Notes: generated by a model not told the origin, from the letters alone. A stretch of 63,859 bases of DNA from Octopus bimaculoides (GCF_001194135.2 NC_068987.1:88662235-88726093); one strand, 5' to 3'; positions 14,234 to 29,720 are shown, counted from the stretch's first letter. Numbers and translations: made by a program.

Positions 14234-16693
14234 CACAAAGGATACGGTCCGAAACGCTGCGAAATTACACTGCAAATAACATGATTTGAAAGAAAGATGT
14301 TATAATTTATCAAAAATAAATGTTTTCCGTGGCATACCAGTACTAAAATCCATGGATTCTGATTTTGTATTTATAAATATTCACACACACACACACACAC
14401 ACACAAACATCTTTATATAATGTTCATATGACTCTTTTTGCTTGAATATTCAGTTATCTTCGTGGTTGTACAACCTCAAAGTGAATTCTGAAAAATCCAA
14501 TATTTTATCAAATACGCTGTAGCAAGCGTGACAGTTCCAGTCGAAAGAGTGCAATTTGAGAGAAATTTCGCTATTCTTTCTAGCAGGTCTCATATTGCTG
14601 CGAGGCTTCAACAAACCACATCCTTTCCCTCTTTTAACACTGGATAGAATACTCCCTGCTTCGTAGTCCTGTCAACAGTTACTTTCTTAAAATTGTTTTT
14701 AATCTGATATTTTAGCGTGACATTTCTATATCGGGTTCTCTTTTGGATGGGGTTGTAACGGTAAAATTCGAAGTAGATCAAGCTATTAACTAAACACCAT
14801 GCACTTCTCGTTGGTGAGTACAAAGCTTCTGAAATGGGTAGCGAAATTCGAAGGATTGCTTTGGTCCAATGTTAGAACGTCTGTCATGTTTACAGAAGAC
14901 ATGGTTTCCAGTCCCACGAGAAGCCTTCGTCATTTGCTCCCCAGTATTGACAGCAAGTCTGGCAGAATCGTTACAGTGCCGGACAAAATGATTAGCGGCA
15001 TTTCTTTGGACTCTTTACCTTGCGAGTTCAAATTCAACCGAGGTTTATTTTGCCTTTTCTCCTCTCGAGGTCGATAGAATAAGTACCATTTGAAAACTGG
15101 GGGCGATGTTATCGATTTACCATTCCCCTCTAAACTGCTGGCCTCGTGCCAAGATTAGAAAGAATTATTTATAGCTTTATCTATTTTAGTTTCATCGTTA
15201 AACAAAACTAATTATTTCACGTTCTCTCGAAGTTTCTAAATTCTTATTAAGTAAATTTGTATATCGTTTCGATACAAAATCTATGAATTTTTTCCTACCT
15301 TCAGCACATAACGTCCTTATTTCGCACCGATAAAGTGCATTTGAAAATACTATATTTCATACAAAACATGCTTTTCTAAATTTTATTGTAATTTCCCAAA
15401 AGTTCTAAAACTACCAAAACATCTGCATCTGTTGTAATCAGATATTTTAAATCTTACTTAGATTCCCTATCTTCCACTTTTGTTTTTACTAAATATTGAA
15501 ATTCACCGACCTGTTTGATCGTCTTTTCAATTAGATTAATATCTTTTATTTTCCATACTGATCTGTAATTCCCTCTTAGCCTTTTCCACGCACTTATTTC
15601 TTCTATTTCGTGCACATGTAATAATACATGCAATCCATAAAATAGATATATTTCGAAGCCGGAATTTCTCATGTTCCATAAATCAATATTGTCAACAAGA
15701 TGGAGTCTTCTACATTTTGAAATATTCTGCTTCTGCATGTCTTTAAAAATATTGATTTCAAATCAAATTCCGCCGAGGTCGACTTTACTTTTCATCCTTT
15801 CGGGGTCGATAAATTAAGTACCAGTTACATAGTGAAGTCGATCTAGTCGACTGGCCCCGCTCCCCAAAAATTTCTGCCCTTGTGCCTAGAGTAGAAGAGA
15901 ATATTGAGTTCAGATTCTAGCACAAAGCCACAAATTTCTGGTACTTATTTCATCGATCCTCGTAAGATGAGAGGCAAAGTAAGCCTTGCAGAATTTGAAC
16001 TCAGAAAGTAAAGACGGACGAAATGCTGCTAAGCATTTTTTCCGGCATGGTGACAACTCTGGCTGCTCGTCACTTAACATTTCTTTCAAAATATGAAAAA
16101 TATTTGTTTTAAAAAATGGACCTTTTGCGTATTGAAGTATCACGCTGAAAACGTTTGCCGAAAGAACACCCATTTACCTAACAGCATCTTTGTTAGTTAC
16201 GTTGAGAAACCTTAACCCAACCGAGATTTTATGCATGTTCGTGGAAGGACATTATAGCATTTACTGTTGTCTGGTAAATGGTGTATCTTATAATAACAAT
16301 CCACAATACCTCATGTCACAGAATCAAAAGCATTTTTAAAGTCAATAAATTTGGGGCAAGAAGTATTATAAATCCATATTAGGGATTCTCAACCTGGTCC
16401 ACACAATATTTCAGGGACCATATAAGATTTTGTTAAAATTATGTGCAATAAATTGCTTTTAATTCTACAGCACAAAATATTTTCACGATTTTTTTTTTAG
16501 AATTCCTAATAATATTTAATTAAAAAGCATAATAAATTTTTTTAAACATCAAATGGCTAAAGAGGTCCAAGAGAATAAGCTTTAGGTGTTTTTCGCTCAA
16601 TAAACACTCACAACGCCCGGTCTGAGAATCGAAACCGCAATCCTACGACTGCAAGTCCGCTGCTCTGACCGCTGAGCCAATGCACCTCCACAA

Positions 16694-16725
<32 letters not shown>

Positions 16726-17940
16726 TCAAGTACATACAAACATACATACATACATACATACATACATTTTGATGTGTCATCTGTTTTCAAGTCGTTCTCA
16801 AAATAGGCTGTAAAAAGAACAACAGAAATAACAACAACAACAACAACACTTTCTAAATTAAGTGAAATGTTTCCGGCACGATTAGTTGCTGAACAATAAA
16901 CAAAGCACCAGAAATCACCATGGAAACCTCATTACTGATAAGTTTTGAATCAAATTTGTCATAAACATACCGTCACTAATCGAAGTGTGTCATGAATTCC
17001 AATTGAAAGATAAATTATGTATAAGAGAAGGTTGAAGAAAATGTAAAGAAATATATATGAGGAAGTCTTTGGAAATATTCAGCATATTTCTGATATTTCT
17101 GACATGTTTCTGCAGAGCAATTACTGACTGAGAGCTGTATATGAAGACTGATGAATAATAGTTACTATTATCTTTTCTGATTTCTATCTAAATGCAGGTA
17201 ATTAGATGTAATTAATTATTTATTGTGACAGTGCGATTAGAAGTTTTGAATCGAAATGAGGGAAGAAGTTGCATAGAATGTACATATTTAATTAGATTTT
17301 ATTATTTACTAGTTTAAAAGCCGCCCTATCGGCCAGCTTTCAAGCTAGCTCCTATGGATGGCTCTTCATTGGGACTTGGGCCTATGGATGGCTCTTCATT
17401 GGGCCTTGGGCATTGAGTCCATATTAAATTTTATTAAATCTGACCAATATTTTTCAAGCAAAGAACAATTTTGATCAAAACTGATATAATTTGTTAACTT
17501 GGAACTTATTGCAACGTTACATGATAAACAACATTTCTTTGTCTTCCCATTCGGGGGTCAGTACAATTTCTTCTTCTCTATCTAACCACTACATATATAG
17601 TTTATTGTGATATTTTTGTGATGTTTTTGCAGCTTTGATAATAATAATAAAACGTATTACTCTACCTCCAGTATTCGAGTACTATTTTTGACCACCTTGT
17701 TTCACATTTATGTGCTTTAGTTTATATACATTTTAAAAATGTAACCACATGTGAATCGTTGGCGATTTCTTTTCCTCCGTCTTGCTTTTCTATTGGACTT
17801 TCCTCTGCTTCCGAAGAAGAGCGTCTGCTAGAAACGTTAAACCATCTTTCTTTCCTTCCATGAGCGTCTGCTAATACTTTACATGTACCACGTCCTCGCG
17901 TTGTTGTATTTTTTTGCGTTTGTAGTTCTTTTTGGATTTA

Positions 17941-18043
<103 letters not shown>

Positions 18044-18859
18044 CGTACGTATGTATGTATGTATGTACATACGTATGTATGTATATATATCATCATCATC
18101 ATCATCGCATCGTCGTTTAACATTCGCTTTCTATGCTGGCAAGGGTTCGACGGTTCTGATCTGGCAGAGTTTCTCAGTTTCTACAGCTGGATGCTCTTCC
18201 TAATGCATATTATTCGAGAGCATGTTCACGATCTACTTCAATTACTGCTTCCCACTTGCTTGGCAGGCGGTCAGACCGTCATTTCAAGATGTTTTTGTTA
18301 AATATTGTTATTGTTTTTGATGAATAAAATTTGTTGAAAAAAAGCCGCAATAATTATGCACCAACCCAATAGTTACTGTACAAAACTGAAAAAGTATTAT
18401 ACAAATATACAAATATTTTGCTAAAAATATTTGCTAAAAATAAAGAAAAAGGACAAAATACTTTCTTGCAAATATTTATCCTTCTGCTACGGGACTGGTT
18501 TGTTTTAGACAATAAAATATCTGTTGGATGTGAAGGAGAAGTCTGCTGTTGGTGAAAGCAAAACAGCAAAACAAGATAATAACGTGATCTCCGAGGTATA
18601 TTGTATGCTTCCCGTTCTAAGAAATATTTCAGATAATTCTCTAATAATCTCAGGTTTGGTAGTTTGGTTGTTTTATTTTTATCTATGGAGCAAAACTTTT
18701 GTCAGAATTCCACAAAAGTCAAAATGGATTTGCAAATGTTATATATACTGGTTTGGAACAAAAGTTCGTACCGTTTTTCGCATGATTTACTTTCCTTATG
18801 CAACATAAGCATATTACGTATCTGTATTTTCTGAAAGGTGACATTTCAACACGTCTTGC

Positions 18860-19680
18860 TATGCGACTACTGTGTGGATAGTTTATTTCTTCTGTTTTTA
18901 ACTTAAAAGTGAAAAAAAAAAAAATAAGATGCATTTTCTTAATTTGATGTTCTTTCAATTCCGGAAAAAAAACCTCGCTGTGCAAACGGTAAAAAACGTA
19001 TGTGCAATTTATGGAGATAGTGCCACAAATGAAAGGTCTGTTCATAAGAGACTTGTGAGGTTTAGGAGTGAAAATTTTGATCTGGTAGACAGTGAACCTT
19101 CCGGTGGCATGCGGTCGTTGGAACACTAATAAAATATAATCCAGACCATATGACTCGAGGCATTTCAGAGATACTCCACACATCTCATGTGAATGTTATA
19201 AAGTATTTAAAAATACTTGGATGCGTGAATCACCATGATGTTAAGATGTGTGAATCGCTATGATGTTAAGATGGGAGAAAATCTAATGGACTGCATTTCC
19301 ATCTACGATTCTCTCTCAAATGCAACAAAAATTATTCATTTTTCAAAAGAAACATCACAGGTAATGAAAAATGGATTGTTTACAACAATGTGGAGAGAAG
19401 AAGATCCTGGAGAAAGCGAAATGAACTATTTTTAATCACTTCAAAAGCCAGTCAATATCCGACGAAGATGATGCTCTGTGTCTGGTGAGATTGGAAGAGC
19501 GTATTAGAAGCTCCTTTCGCAAAATCAGACATTGGATTCCGACATTACTGTTTTCATTTAGACCAGTTAAGGGAGGCAATCGATGAAAAACGTCCAGAAT
19601 TGACCAATTGGGTGAGTGTCGCCTTTCTTCGGGACAACGCTAAACATCACGTTTCTTTGCAGACCCAGCAAAAATTAATA
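18860..19680 (+). mobile_element. Tc1/mariner transposase remnant
   Basis: Mariner HTH-like FFQFRKKNLAVQTVKNVCAIYGD...RFRSENFDLVDSEPSG, then broken TG.EKW, MLCVW*DWK and (Q)DNAKHH segments of the DD34D core. Many stops and frameshifts. Confidence 0.85.
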
Positions 19681-20498
19681 CATGAGTGTCTACGCATGTG
19701 TGCTAGTCATTTGTTAGGTAAACATGATTAGGCTTATCACTCGTGACGGGTATCTTTGGAAGTATCCTTTTGCCACGATGGGTAATAACAATGAATGTAC
19801 TATAAATACAATTATAATCTTAGTTCTAGTGAGTTTGATTCATCCTGCTTGCCGGTTGTGTGTTGTGTTCTTGAGCAAAACACTTTATTTCACGTTGCTC
19901 CAGTCCACTCAGCTGTAGAAATGAGTTGCTACATCATTGGTGCCAAGCTGTATCGGCCTTTTCCTTTCCCTTGGATAAGATCAATGGTGTGGAGAGCAGA
20001 GGCTAGTATGCATGGGGTGACTGTTGGTCTTCCATAAACAACCTTGTTCGGATTTGTGCCTCTGAGGGTAACTTTCTAGGTGCAATTCCATGGTCATTCA
20101 TGGCCGAAGGGGGTCTTCCTCCTTTACCCTTTATAATTGTGTCATTTATTCCCTTTTCTCTTCATCTTCTATCTCCGTAATCCTTTCTCTCTCACTGCAT
20201 AGAGTGTTCTTTTATACATTGTCTGCACCCAAAACATCTATGTGCACTTTTCCTGCTCCTCTTATTTAACTCTCCCTGTATCTCTCTTTTACACTTTCTC
20301 CCTCTCTCTATACGACGGAAAATGTGACAGGAAAAATCAACCAACAAACAGACCGACCAACTAATTATCGACCAACCAGCTAACATTTATTATATTTCTT
20401 TTAATACAGAAATTCAAATCACTATACACTTGAACTGCTGTATCTTATACCACAAAACTGGTGTATTTGTCCATACACACACAAGCATATACACGTAC

Positions 20499-20592
<94 letters not shown>

Positions 20593-21494
20593 TTATACAA
20601 ATACATATATATATATGTATACACACACAAATATACACTTATATCGTATATATAAACACATGTACATATACATATATTTCATTTATGTGGTGAGTAAGGT
20701 AGAGTAAAACGGCAAATTTGTGATTAAATTTTTGAACAAAGAATATTTCTTCACAAAGAATATTTCTTCACAAAGAAAAAGAGAGCAAAAATTCAGTAAT
20801 ATCAACATTGATGTAAAAGTAAACTAAACCAGTGTCTTGTTTGTTAATAGCTCAACATAATTACAACTACTCAATATAATCGGTATGACAAACAGTAAAT
20901 CTCCCTTTAATAAATGTGCACATTCTACACAAATAGTAATTGTTCTAAATCCTGGGTATGTTTATTAATGATTGTTTTTGCTGGATTTGATTCTATCTTT
21001 CGATGTTACGACAGATTGTAACAGGAAATCTTTGTTCTTCCACTGACAGCTGCGATCTTCGCGTAATTTGTGTAGATTATCTCTTAGGAAATCAGAACAG
21101 GCTCTGGTGTGGCAATAAGCCAGTGACCTTGTTAAAAAGAATTTATTAGGGACAGAGATAGAATTAATACCGAGAGATGTTATTTAAACGTTAATGTTCT
21201 GTTAGAGCAAACTCTACTGTGGTAGTTACTATGAGAAAAAACTCTGGAATCGGGAAGTGCTGTCAATGTCTTTGTTGTTGTTTAACTTTGAGTCATCCCT
21301 GATCAAAAAGAATTATGACAATTTCATATTTCTTATGTAAATGTAGTCACGAGCAAAGCTGCGTGGTTAAGTAGCTCACTTTGCAGCCATATGAGTTTGG
21401 GTTCAGTCCCACTGCGCGCCACCTTGGACAATTGTTTCCTACAATAGCGTAAGATCGACTAATGCTTTGTGGTAGACGGAAACTTGTTCTCTAC

Positions 21495-21722
21495 GGCGAG
21501 CTGGCAGAAACGTAAGCACGCCGGGTGAAATGCTTAGCGGTTTTTCGTCTATCGTTACGTTCTGAGTTCAAATTCCGCCGAGGTCGACTTTGCCTTTTAT
21601 ACTTTCGGGGTCGATAAATTAAGTACCAGTTACGCACTGGGATCGATGTAATCGACTTAATCCCTTTGTCTGTCCTTGTTTGTCCCCTCCGTGTTTAGCC
21701 CCTTGTGGGCAATAAAGAAATA
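21495..21722 (+). mobile_element. tRNA-derived SINE family A (GGCGAGCTGGCAGAA..GAGTTCAAATTCC)
   Basis: Pol III A/B-box-like head. Similar copies at about 4597-4750(-), 14985-15165(+), 15770-15900(+), 24088-24313(-), 25773-25985(+), 27105-27295(-), 36598-36812(-), 46232-46420(+), 46806-47030(+). Confidence 0.85.
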
Positions 21723-21801
21723 GGAAACTTGTTCTCTACCAAAAGTAGTTATTAATCTGTCAGCTTAATGTAAAGTTATTCTTATTGTATAAAATAACAA
21801 C

Positions 21802-21838
<37 letters not shown>

Positions 21839-22844
21839 TGTGTGGTGTGTGTCTTTGTGTTCATGTTTGTTCCACCCAACTGCTGGACAACCAGTGATGG
21901 TTAGTTTACGTCCCCTTAATCTAGCGTCTTGGATCAGAGACCGATAGAACAAGTGCCAAAATTCAAAAATTTGTATTGGGCCCAATTTGTTCGACTTAAC
22001 TATTTAGACGGTGCCCCAGCATGGCCGCACTCTAATAAAAGATAAAAGAGAGACGTTTTATAATAATAACAACAAATTATACACTCAAATATATGCAACA
22101 CAAACATGAATACTATTATTCATCCCCACTTAAAAGCGAATGTTGTGTTAGAACACAGAAACTGCGATAGTTGCCATGAGAGAACCCCTCACATGAGCTT
22201 GTGATATATGTAAGCAGGAGGGCCGAAGTTACGTGGTAGCGAGTAACGTAAAGTAAGATGCCTTATGTGCGTCATAAAACCATATGAAAGATTCTTTCAT
22301 GATGACTATCGCAGTATTTTGTGTTCTGACTCGACATTCTCTTTTAAGTTCCTCTATTCCTTTACTTGTTTCAGTCATTTGACTGCGGCCGGGCTGGATC
22401 ACCACCTTTTTAGTCGAACAAATCGACCCCAGGAATTATACTTTGTATAAGCCTAGTACTTAATCTATCGGTTTCTTTTCGCCGAACCGCAAAGTTACAG
22501 GACGTAAACACACCAACATCGGTTGTCAAGCGATGATGGGAGGAAAAACATAGACACAAACACATATATATATATACGATGGGATTCTTTCAGCTTCCGT
22601 CTACCAAATCTACACAGAAGGATTTGGTCGGCGTGAGGCTACAGTAGAAGACACTTGGCTAAGGTGCCACGCAGTGGGACTGAACCTCGAACCATGTAGT
22701 TTGGAAGCAAGCTTCTTACCATGCAGCCATTCCTGAGCCTATAAATGGTGATAAATATTACCTTTTTGCTATTAATACCGCTTCTGTTCCTATTAATTAT
22801 ATGAATACAATTCACTTACCTTTGTCTTGTTTCTCTCTTTGCAG

Positions 22845-22978
22845 GTACAAGAGACTCCATACGTCGCCGAATATCATACTCGCGAGTCTTGCTTTCTCAG
22901 ACACTATTATGTCTTCTATCGATATGTGTTTTGTGTCAGTTTCCAGTTTCTCTGGCCGCTGGGTGTTTGGTGTTGTTG
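22845..22978 (+). CDS. Opsin (rhabdomeric-type GPCR), internal coding exon: ICL1-TM2-ECL1
   Basis: Polypyrimidine tract + CAG acceptor (22842-44), GTAATA donor at 22979. Translates (R)YKRLHTSPNIILASLAFSDTIMSSIDMCFVSVSSFSGRWVFGVV(G): opsin TM2 N..LA.SD and ECL1 W.FG motifs. Ends in phase 1, matching the next exon. Confidence 0.92.
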
Positions 22979-25144
22979 GTAATATACATTTTATCTATCA
23001 GTTATATGATTGCCATCATAATGTAGTATTAAAGAAGAAAATATGTGCAGCAGAAATCGAAAAACCTACTTAACCCCGAATATAGTTTTATTGATTCATA
23101 TAATTATTTAGATAACAAATTGAATAGCAAATATTTCCTATTATAAACTATATCTAGTTCAGGCATTTCCCCAAGGAGGTCATTGAAATTGTGTAACGAT
23201 GTATAGCAGTGTGTAAATATGCAATACGGTACGACTACTAGTTTTGCTACGACAACTACTGCTACTATTGTTAATAATAATTTCTTTATCTTGCTGTTAT
23301 GAAGATTTCTATTTAACAAAGGCTTCAAACTTTTGACGCAAGGCCAGTAATTTTGCGCGAAGGGAGATTGTCAGTTACCTCGACCCCAGTTTTCAACTGG
23401 TAATTATTATTTTATCGATCACGAAAGGGTGAAAGGCATAGTTGATACCAGTGGGATTTGAACTCAGAGCGTGAATAACTGGAAGAGGTGCTGCTAAGCA
23501 TTTTGGTCGATGCGCTAACGATTTTTTAGCCCCCACCCCCAACATTAATATTGGTTTTAAATTCTGGCACAAAGCCAGCACGTGTGGGTGAGTGGGTAAA
23601 CCGATTACATCGACCCCCAGTGTTCAACTGGTACTTATTTTATCGATCCCAAAAAATAAAAGGCAAAGCTGACCTCTAAGTCCTTCTTTTTCCGAGCGCA
23701 AAGTCTCTGTTTTTTGTCACAGCGCATATCTTTCTTGCAATTGTCGAACAGCTTACGCGAAATTCTGGTTTCAAATCGTGACACAAGGTCAGTCAATTCG
23801 GGGTAGGTGTAAGATGATTACAGTGTTCGACTGGTACTTATTTAATCGACCCGAAAGGATGAAAGGCAATGTCAACCTCACTGAATTTGAACTCAAAACG
23901 TAAAGACGAACGAAATGCTGCTAAGCATTTTTCCGGCCACGAAATATTAATAGCATCAGTCTCACCGGTTTCGAAGTGCCTGAGTTTAAGTAGGGATATC
24001 CCCACAGACATTGCAAATTGGAGGAATTTGAACTCAGAACGTACCAGCAGATGAAATACCGCTAAGCATTCGCCCGGCGTGCTAACGTTTCTTATTTCTT
24101 TATTGCCCACAAGGGGCTAAACATAGAGGGGACAAACAGAGGGATTAAGTCGATTATATCGACCCCAGTGCATAACTGGTACTTATATAATCGACCCCGA
24201 AAAGATAAAAGTAAAATTCGACCTCGGTGGAATTTGAACTCAGAATGTAAAGACAGACGAAATAACGTTAAGCATTTCGTCCGGCGTGCTAACGTTTCTT
24301 CCAGCTCGCCGCCTACTAGATCTGGTCTATGAAAAAAAGCTGATGGTGTATCAGTATTTTCACAAGACGTAAATGAATATAACTGCGTTGTATAATTATA
24401 AAGTATAATTGTAGTGTTATCAAAGTAGAAACAAATGAAAACAAAATTGTGGTTTCTCATAAAGAAAACCTTGTCTTCTTACGATTTGTGAAATATGCGT
24501 GATTTTTGGTTGGCGTGTAGCATACATACTAATGCTATTAATACTGCTAAAACATCAAAAAAGAAATCTATGAAACAGATGCTAATATCCAGTTACTGTA
24601 GCAGATATTGGATAAGGGTAATTAAATTTTCTCAGAATATGACTCCGAACTTTTTGCAGCTAAGCTGTTCTTGCTCGAGAAAATAAAACTGAGATTGGAA
24701 GTAAGACATGTGCCAATTAAAGAGCGATTCCGGTGTCTCGCTGTGGGAGAACTACACCCTAAATTTAGATATATTCCAGTTATAAGCATCGAGTTCGGTC
24801 ACATGATCAGAAATATCAATAAAAGATTCGAAGAGTCATTGACTTTTTAGCTTGGAGGAAAAATAGCTGTGATATTATTCTTGTTTCTTTTACTTGTCTC
24901 AGTCATTAGACTGCGGCCATGCCGGGGCACTACCTTAAATTTTTAGTCAAATGAATTGGCCCCAGTAGTTATGATTTTAAAAACCTGGTCTTTTTGTCGA
25001 ACAGATACCTTTTATTGATTTAAACCACTTAGACATACAGCCATCGAAGCGACAAGAAGTTGGGTAGTCGAGAAGGACCTTCGCTCCTTTTATATACATA
25101 CATACATACATACATACATACATACATACACACATACACATACA

Positions 25145-25178
<34 letters not shown>

Positions 25179-25438
25179 CATACATATATATCAATAATGA
25201 TTAGCGCGTTTGGTTTTGTGAGCAAATGCCTAAGGGACAATCTGGAAAATCTTGGGTATTCAGAAAAAAGAAATCAACCAACGCATACTTTACGAATATA
25301 ATCTGTAAGCGGAACAGTAAAAATATGCAAGAATTTTCTCAATTTCAGAATGCACTTTTATTATCTAAATTCCAATGATGGTGATTTGTACCTTTGTCAG
25401 ATATCCGTTCCTTACTTAGAGGAAGGATTCGAATAATT

Positions 25439-25472
<34 letters not shown>

Positions 25473-27472
25473 CCACATGCATAAACGCAGTCACACACGC
25501 ACACACATGCATACACGCACATGCATAGATTATATGCGTATATACACGTACGTGTATTTAAGACACTACTGTAATATGTCAATATCTTATGGTTGCACTG
25601 AGCATTTATTTAGCTTCAGTGAGTAAACAGCTTCCCGTTATTACATCGCTTCTGAAAACAAAGGTGTGTATAAAGATGCCTTAAGAGTTACTTTAGATAA
25701 CAATTTAACGATTAGTCGTGTTTTCTCAGGCTTATCCCTTTCAAGACCAACGTCAAGAGTAAGTGATCATAAGGCGACGAGCTGGCAGAATCGTTAGCAC
25801 GCCGGAGAAAATGCTTAGACGTATTCCTTTCGTCTTTACTATCAGGGTTCAAATTTCTGCCATAGTCGACTGTGCCTTTCACTTTTTCGGGGTTGATCAA
25901 ATAAGTATCAGTCAAGCACAGAGATCGATGTAATCGACTTAACCCTTCGCCCAATATTTCAGGCCTTGTGCCCCATAGTAGATCGGAATAGTAAGCGATC
26001 GTTATGATTATTAAATTCTAATTGTTTATCCGAGCTGAAATTCTTCCCGACACCCTGCACAAACATAGAACGTTTATCTGTTTATGAAAAATTAGCTGTT
26101 GATTTTGTTGCGTTCAATGTTCCAGAGTTGTTGTTTTGCCTTCGTTTTTAAAGTTCAGCGAATATATGTACGTTCAAACGTTTTAACACTCATAGCAATA
26201 CAGATATTTTTTAAGCCTAATTTGAACTGCTTTATGTAGTCTACTATTTTTTCATATGGTTGAGTGTATTTCTTGCTGCTATTTGTAGCCGCTTGATTCA
26301 CAAAGTAGAGTGAATGCTAATTTTTATCGTATGGTGTTTAATTCTGGCCAAGACAGACAAAGAGACGAAGTGGAAGGTTCTTCGTTGATTCAAAGTTATT
26401 GCTTTTTTTTTAATCATGCTACTTTTGTTTATGTTTTTGCTGTGGCTGTTGTTTTTATACCCTCTCCATTAAAATCACAGTCAACAAATATACCCATACT
26501 CAGACAATCAAAAATCGCTATCAAATCTCCATCAAAAAGGTAAACGTAAAGCCCCACTTCGGTCACGAATGGCCTTAGGATTAAACCTAGAAATTTCATT
26601 CCAAGCGGTGAGTCTTAGCAAAGGTTTTTTTGGTGAAAGACTGTAGTCGCCCATGCATATCAGTCTGCCACCCCAACGTCATTCCAACGGGATGGCTATG
26701 GCCGATACAGCTTGGCACCAATGGCGTCGCAACTCATTTCTACAGCTGAGTGAACTGGAGCAACGTAAAATAAAGTGGGGTTTTTTTTTTTTTGCTCAAA
26801 AATACAACACACACCCAGGTCCGGGAATTGAGCTCGCAACTCCACGATTGTAAGCCCGAGACTCTAACCACTGAGCTATGCTCCTGCATAATAAAAACAG
26901 CTGCCAAATCCCCATCAAATCATACGCTTCCGTCTTAAGAAAGATACATTGAAGAAATATAAACTCTGGTATACAGTAAGTTGAGGTGGTCACGGTTAGA
27001 CCACTTTTGATCGTAGATATGCTCGATCAGAACTGAGTTAACAAAATGGTAATAGCAGTAACTTGTTAAAATCAGTTGTCTTCATAGTTATTAAACCGAA
27101 TATACTTTTCTTTCTACTCTGGGCACAAGGACTGAAATTTGGGGAGAAGGGACAAGACGATGACATCACACTCAGTGTTCGACCCCGGAAGGATCAAAGG
27201 CAAAGTCGATCTCGCAGCATTTGAACTCAAAAAGACGGACGAAAGGCCGCTAAGCATTTTGTCTGGCATACTAACGACTCTGTCAGTTCACTGCCTTCAT
27301 CAAGCCTGATATATTATCTCATATTAATTGCTGACAGGGATCCCCTATTTCGTTATGAAACCATAGTATATTTCCAAGTATATTAAAGGCTTATAAGTCA
27401 CTACTGTATCCTACCTGTGTTAGCAGTGCGATTCAATCAGTTTTTAGGGTTAGTTCTATAGAAATTTTCTAT

Positions 27473-27571
27473 AGAAATTAGAGCCAGCACCGAAAGTTAT
27501 GACGTATAAAGACGTATCCGTATACAAAATGTCGCAACTTTCAGTCTTGGCTCTAATTTCTGTTAAAAAAA
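27473..27571. repeat. ~100-bp imperfect hairpin / MITE remnant
   Basis: AGAAATTAGAGCCA..GAAAGTT..GAC versus GTC..AACTTTC..TGGCTCTAATTTCT. Confidence 0.55.
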
Positions 27572-28824
27572 TCTGTAGAGACAACTTTAAACAGTGATTA
27601 TCTCGTACGTCACAGTCCGTCAAGCCTACAGAAAATGAAGTGTACTTTGGACTTGAGGCATAAGGGTGTTAAGTAGATATATTCGTACTTATGAAAGTGA
27701 TTGATGACGCCCCTCGCCCTCAAAAGTACGCCCCTGCGTCCAAATCACTTGTCACTTGTGACTCACGTGATAGTGCATTTTGAACATAGATTTACGTCCT
27801 CGATTCTAGATGCTTCGATGGTCCTCCTAGATAAGGATTTACCATCTAGCCTTCTTTACTGCTCGAACTGCACAAATAATACAAATTTTTCCTTCCTAGA
27901 AAATCACTGGATTCATTAGAATTTCGGAATGAAACGAGAGAATGCTAGTGTTTGGGCGAAGACAATTTGGTATCGCTGATTGGACATTCAGCCTCCTATG
28001 GCGACAGTACATTTAGGTACAAGAAGAAACCACACACACGCGCGCGCGAAGTACAATACAATAGCAGAAAGTTAGAGGGAGTGAAAGAGGAATAGGGAAA
28101 ATCAATGTTACTAATAGGCGGCGCCAAAAGGACTGTTCCAAAACGTCTCATATCCTTAAAATTTATAATGTCAATTATTTCAGGTAGTTATAGGTCACTT
28201 TTACAAAACTAAACCGATGTTCTGTGTTGTTGCCAAATCTAATTGCACTTATTGATGTTAATTGGCTGTATAAAAGATATTCTTCGTAACCCATCCTATA
28301 TCTCTTCTTTTTTTTCCTCTTCATCCTACGTCTAACATCGCTCGCTGATCCAGAGTCAGTTTTACATCACATTTATTTTATTTCTGTCAGTCTTTTCCTC
28401 TTTCAATATTTCTTTATCTATCTCCCATTCGATAGAAACAAGCCCTGGCATTTCTGCTTTTAATTTACAACTTTATATTTTCCTATGTTTTGTATTAACT
28501 CTTTTGTTCATTGTGATCTTTCTGCTTATTCTGTCATTTGTCCCTCTCCGTATTTACTCTTCTATGGAACTCTGTCCAAACTACTTTGGGCTTTCATTAT
28601 ATACCCCACTAAGATGAATTAATTTTTGTTTTCCATATGGCAGACGATAAAATATAGAGACGTCTTACAAACCAAAAAATTAAATAATCGAAAAATGACA
28701 TTATTTTCTTCTTACCACAAATTAACATGAAACAATTTTTTATGCATATTTAATTGTATGATATTGATTATTTTTATGTTTCTGGCACAATCATTACAAC
28801 TAGTGTATTACCATTCCTTTCAAG

Positions 28825-28903
28825 GTTGCAAAGCTTACGGCTTTATAGTATCGGTAGTGAGTATATTATCCATATGCTGTTTAACACTCATCGCTATCGA
28901 CAG
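28825..28903 (+). CDS. Opsin internal coding exon: TM3 (not shown in the ORF track in this frame)
   Basis: ttcctttcaAG acceptor, GTTAGT donor at 28904. 79 nt = 2+75+2, encoding (G)CKAYGFIVSVVSILSICCLTLIAID(R): C110, Y113 and the DR of DRY. Phases join the previous and next exons exactly. Confidence 0.92.
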
Positions 28904-29217
28904 GTTAGTATGATATATTCTGCATGTATTCGAAAAGTTTACTAACATACTTAAATAAATACGTATAAAACTGTGTAGATATTAATTTTTTAAATATCAA
29001 CATATAGAAAGCTATATATTTGCATGTATATATACGTATATATGTACGTATATATGCATCTAATTCTCTTCACTGTAAACATGTATTTGGATTTCATTTG
29101 TTGGTGAAATGATGGATGTTTATTTTGTAAACATGTAATTTAAACAAATCGGTAAATAAATATGCGTGTGGGAGTGTGTGTATGTGTGTGTGTGTGTGAG
29201 TGTGTGGTCACCAAACA

Positions 29218-29720
29218 GTGTAAAATTATCGACGGAACTCGAAGCGACCAAGCGAAACTACACAAAGAAGATTAGCACAATGCGTCATATCAGCTACTGA
29301 GAGAGACTGACAGAGTTAAGACTCTACTCCCTGGAGCAAAGGCGGGAAAGGTGTGCAGTAATATACATCTGGAAAATCCTCGAAAAATTGTACCAAACTT
29401 AGGTGTTGTCAGTTACATAAACAACAGGACGGGGCGCTACTGCGTAGTATCAAAAGCCCTGAAATTACCGTGACGACACAGAACCAGGTACTGCAACAGC
29501 TTGGGCTCCAAAGGCCCACAGCTCTTCAATATGCTCCCACAAAGCCTGAGAAACCTGCATGACGTGGATGTAGGCTTTTTCAAAACCAAACTGGATCGGA
29601 TTCGATCAAGTGTTCCGGATGAACCTACTTCAAGGCAAGAAACACAGATGCGGGCAACAACTTCAAGCACCCTCATCCACCAAATGCCACACAATAAATG
29701 AGGTTTGGTGAAAGTGTAGC
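29218..29720 (+). mobile_element. 3' end of a CR1/L2-group LINE (post-RT region)
   Basis: SY*ERLTELRLYSLEQRRER..IYIWKIL and NSLGSKGPQLFNMLPQSLRN..FKTKLD..VPDEP. Clade assignment is approximate. Confidence 0.75.

Noticed and set aside
17148-17170. CTGATGA followed by a small hairpin (also lone CTGATGA at about 1490, 42779, 57911)
   Set aside because: No GAAA, stem III or NUH following, so not hammerheads.
17521-17610. MINNISLSSHSGVSTISSSLSNHYIYSLL* as a candidate opsin first exon
   Set aside because: No convincing donor, no TM1 GN motif, and an in-frame stop.
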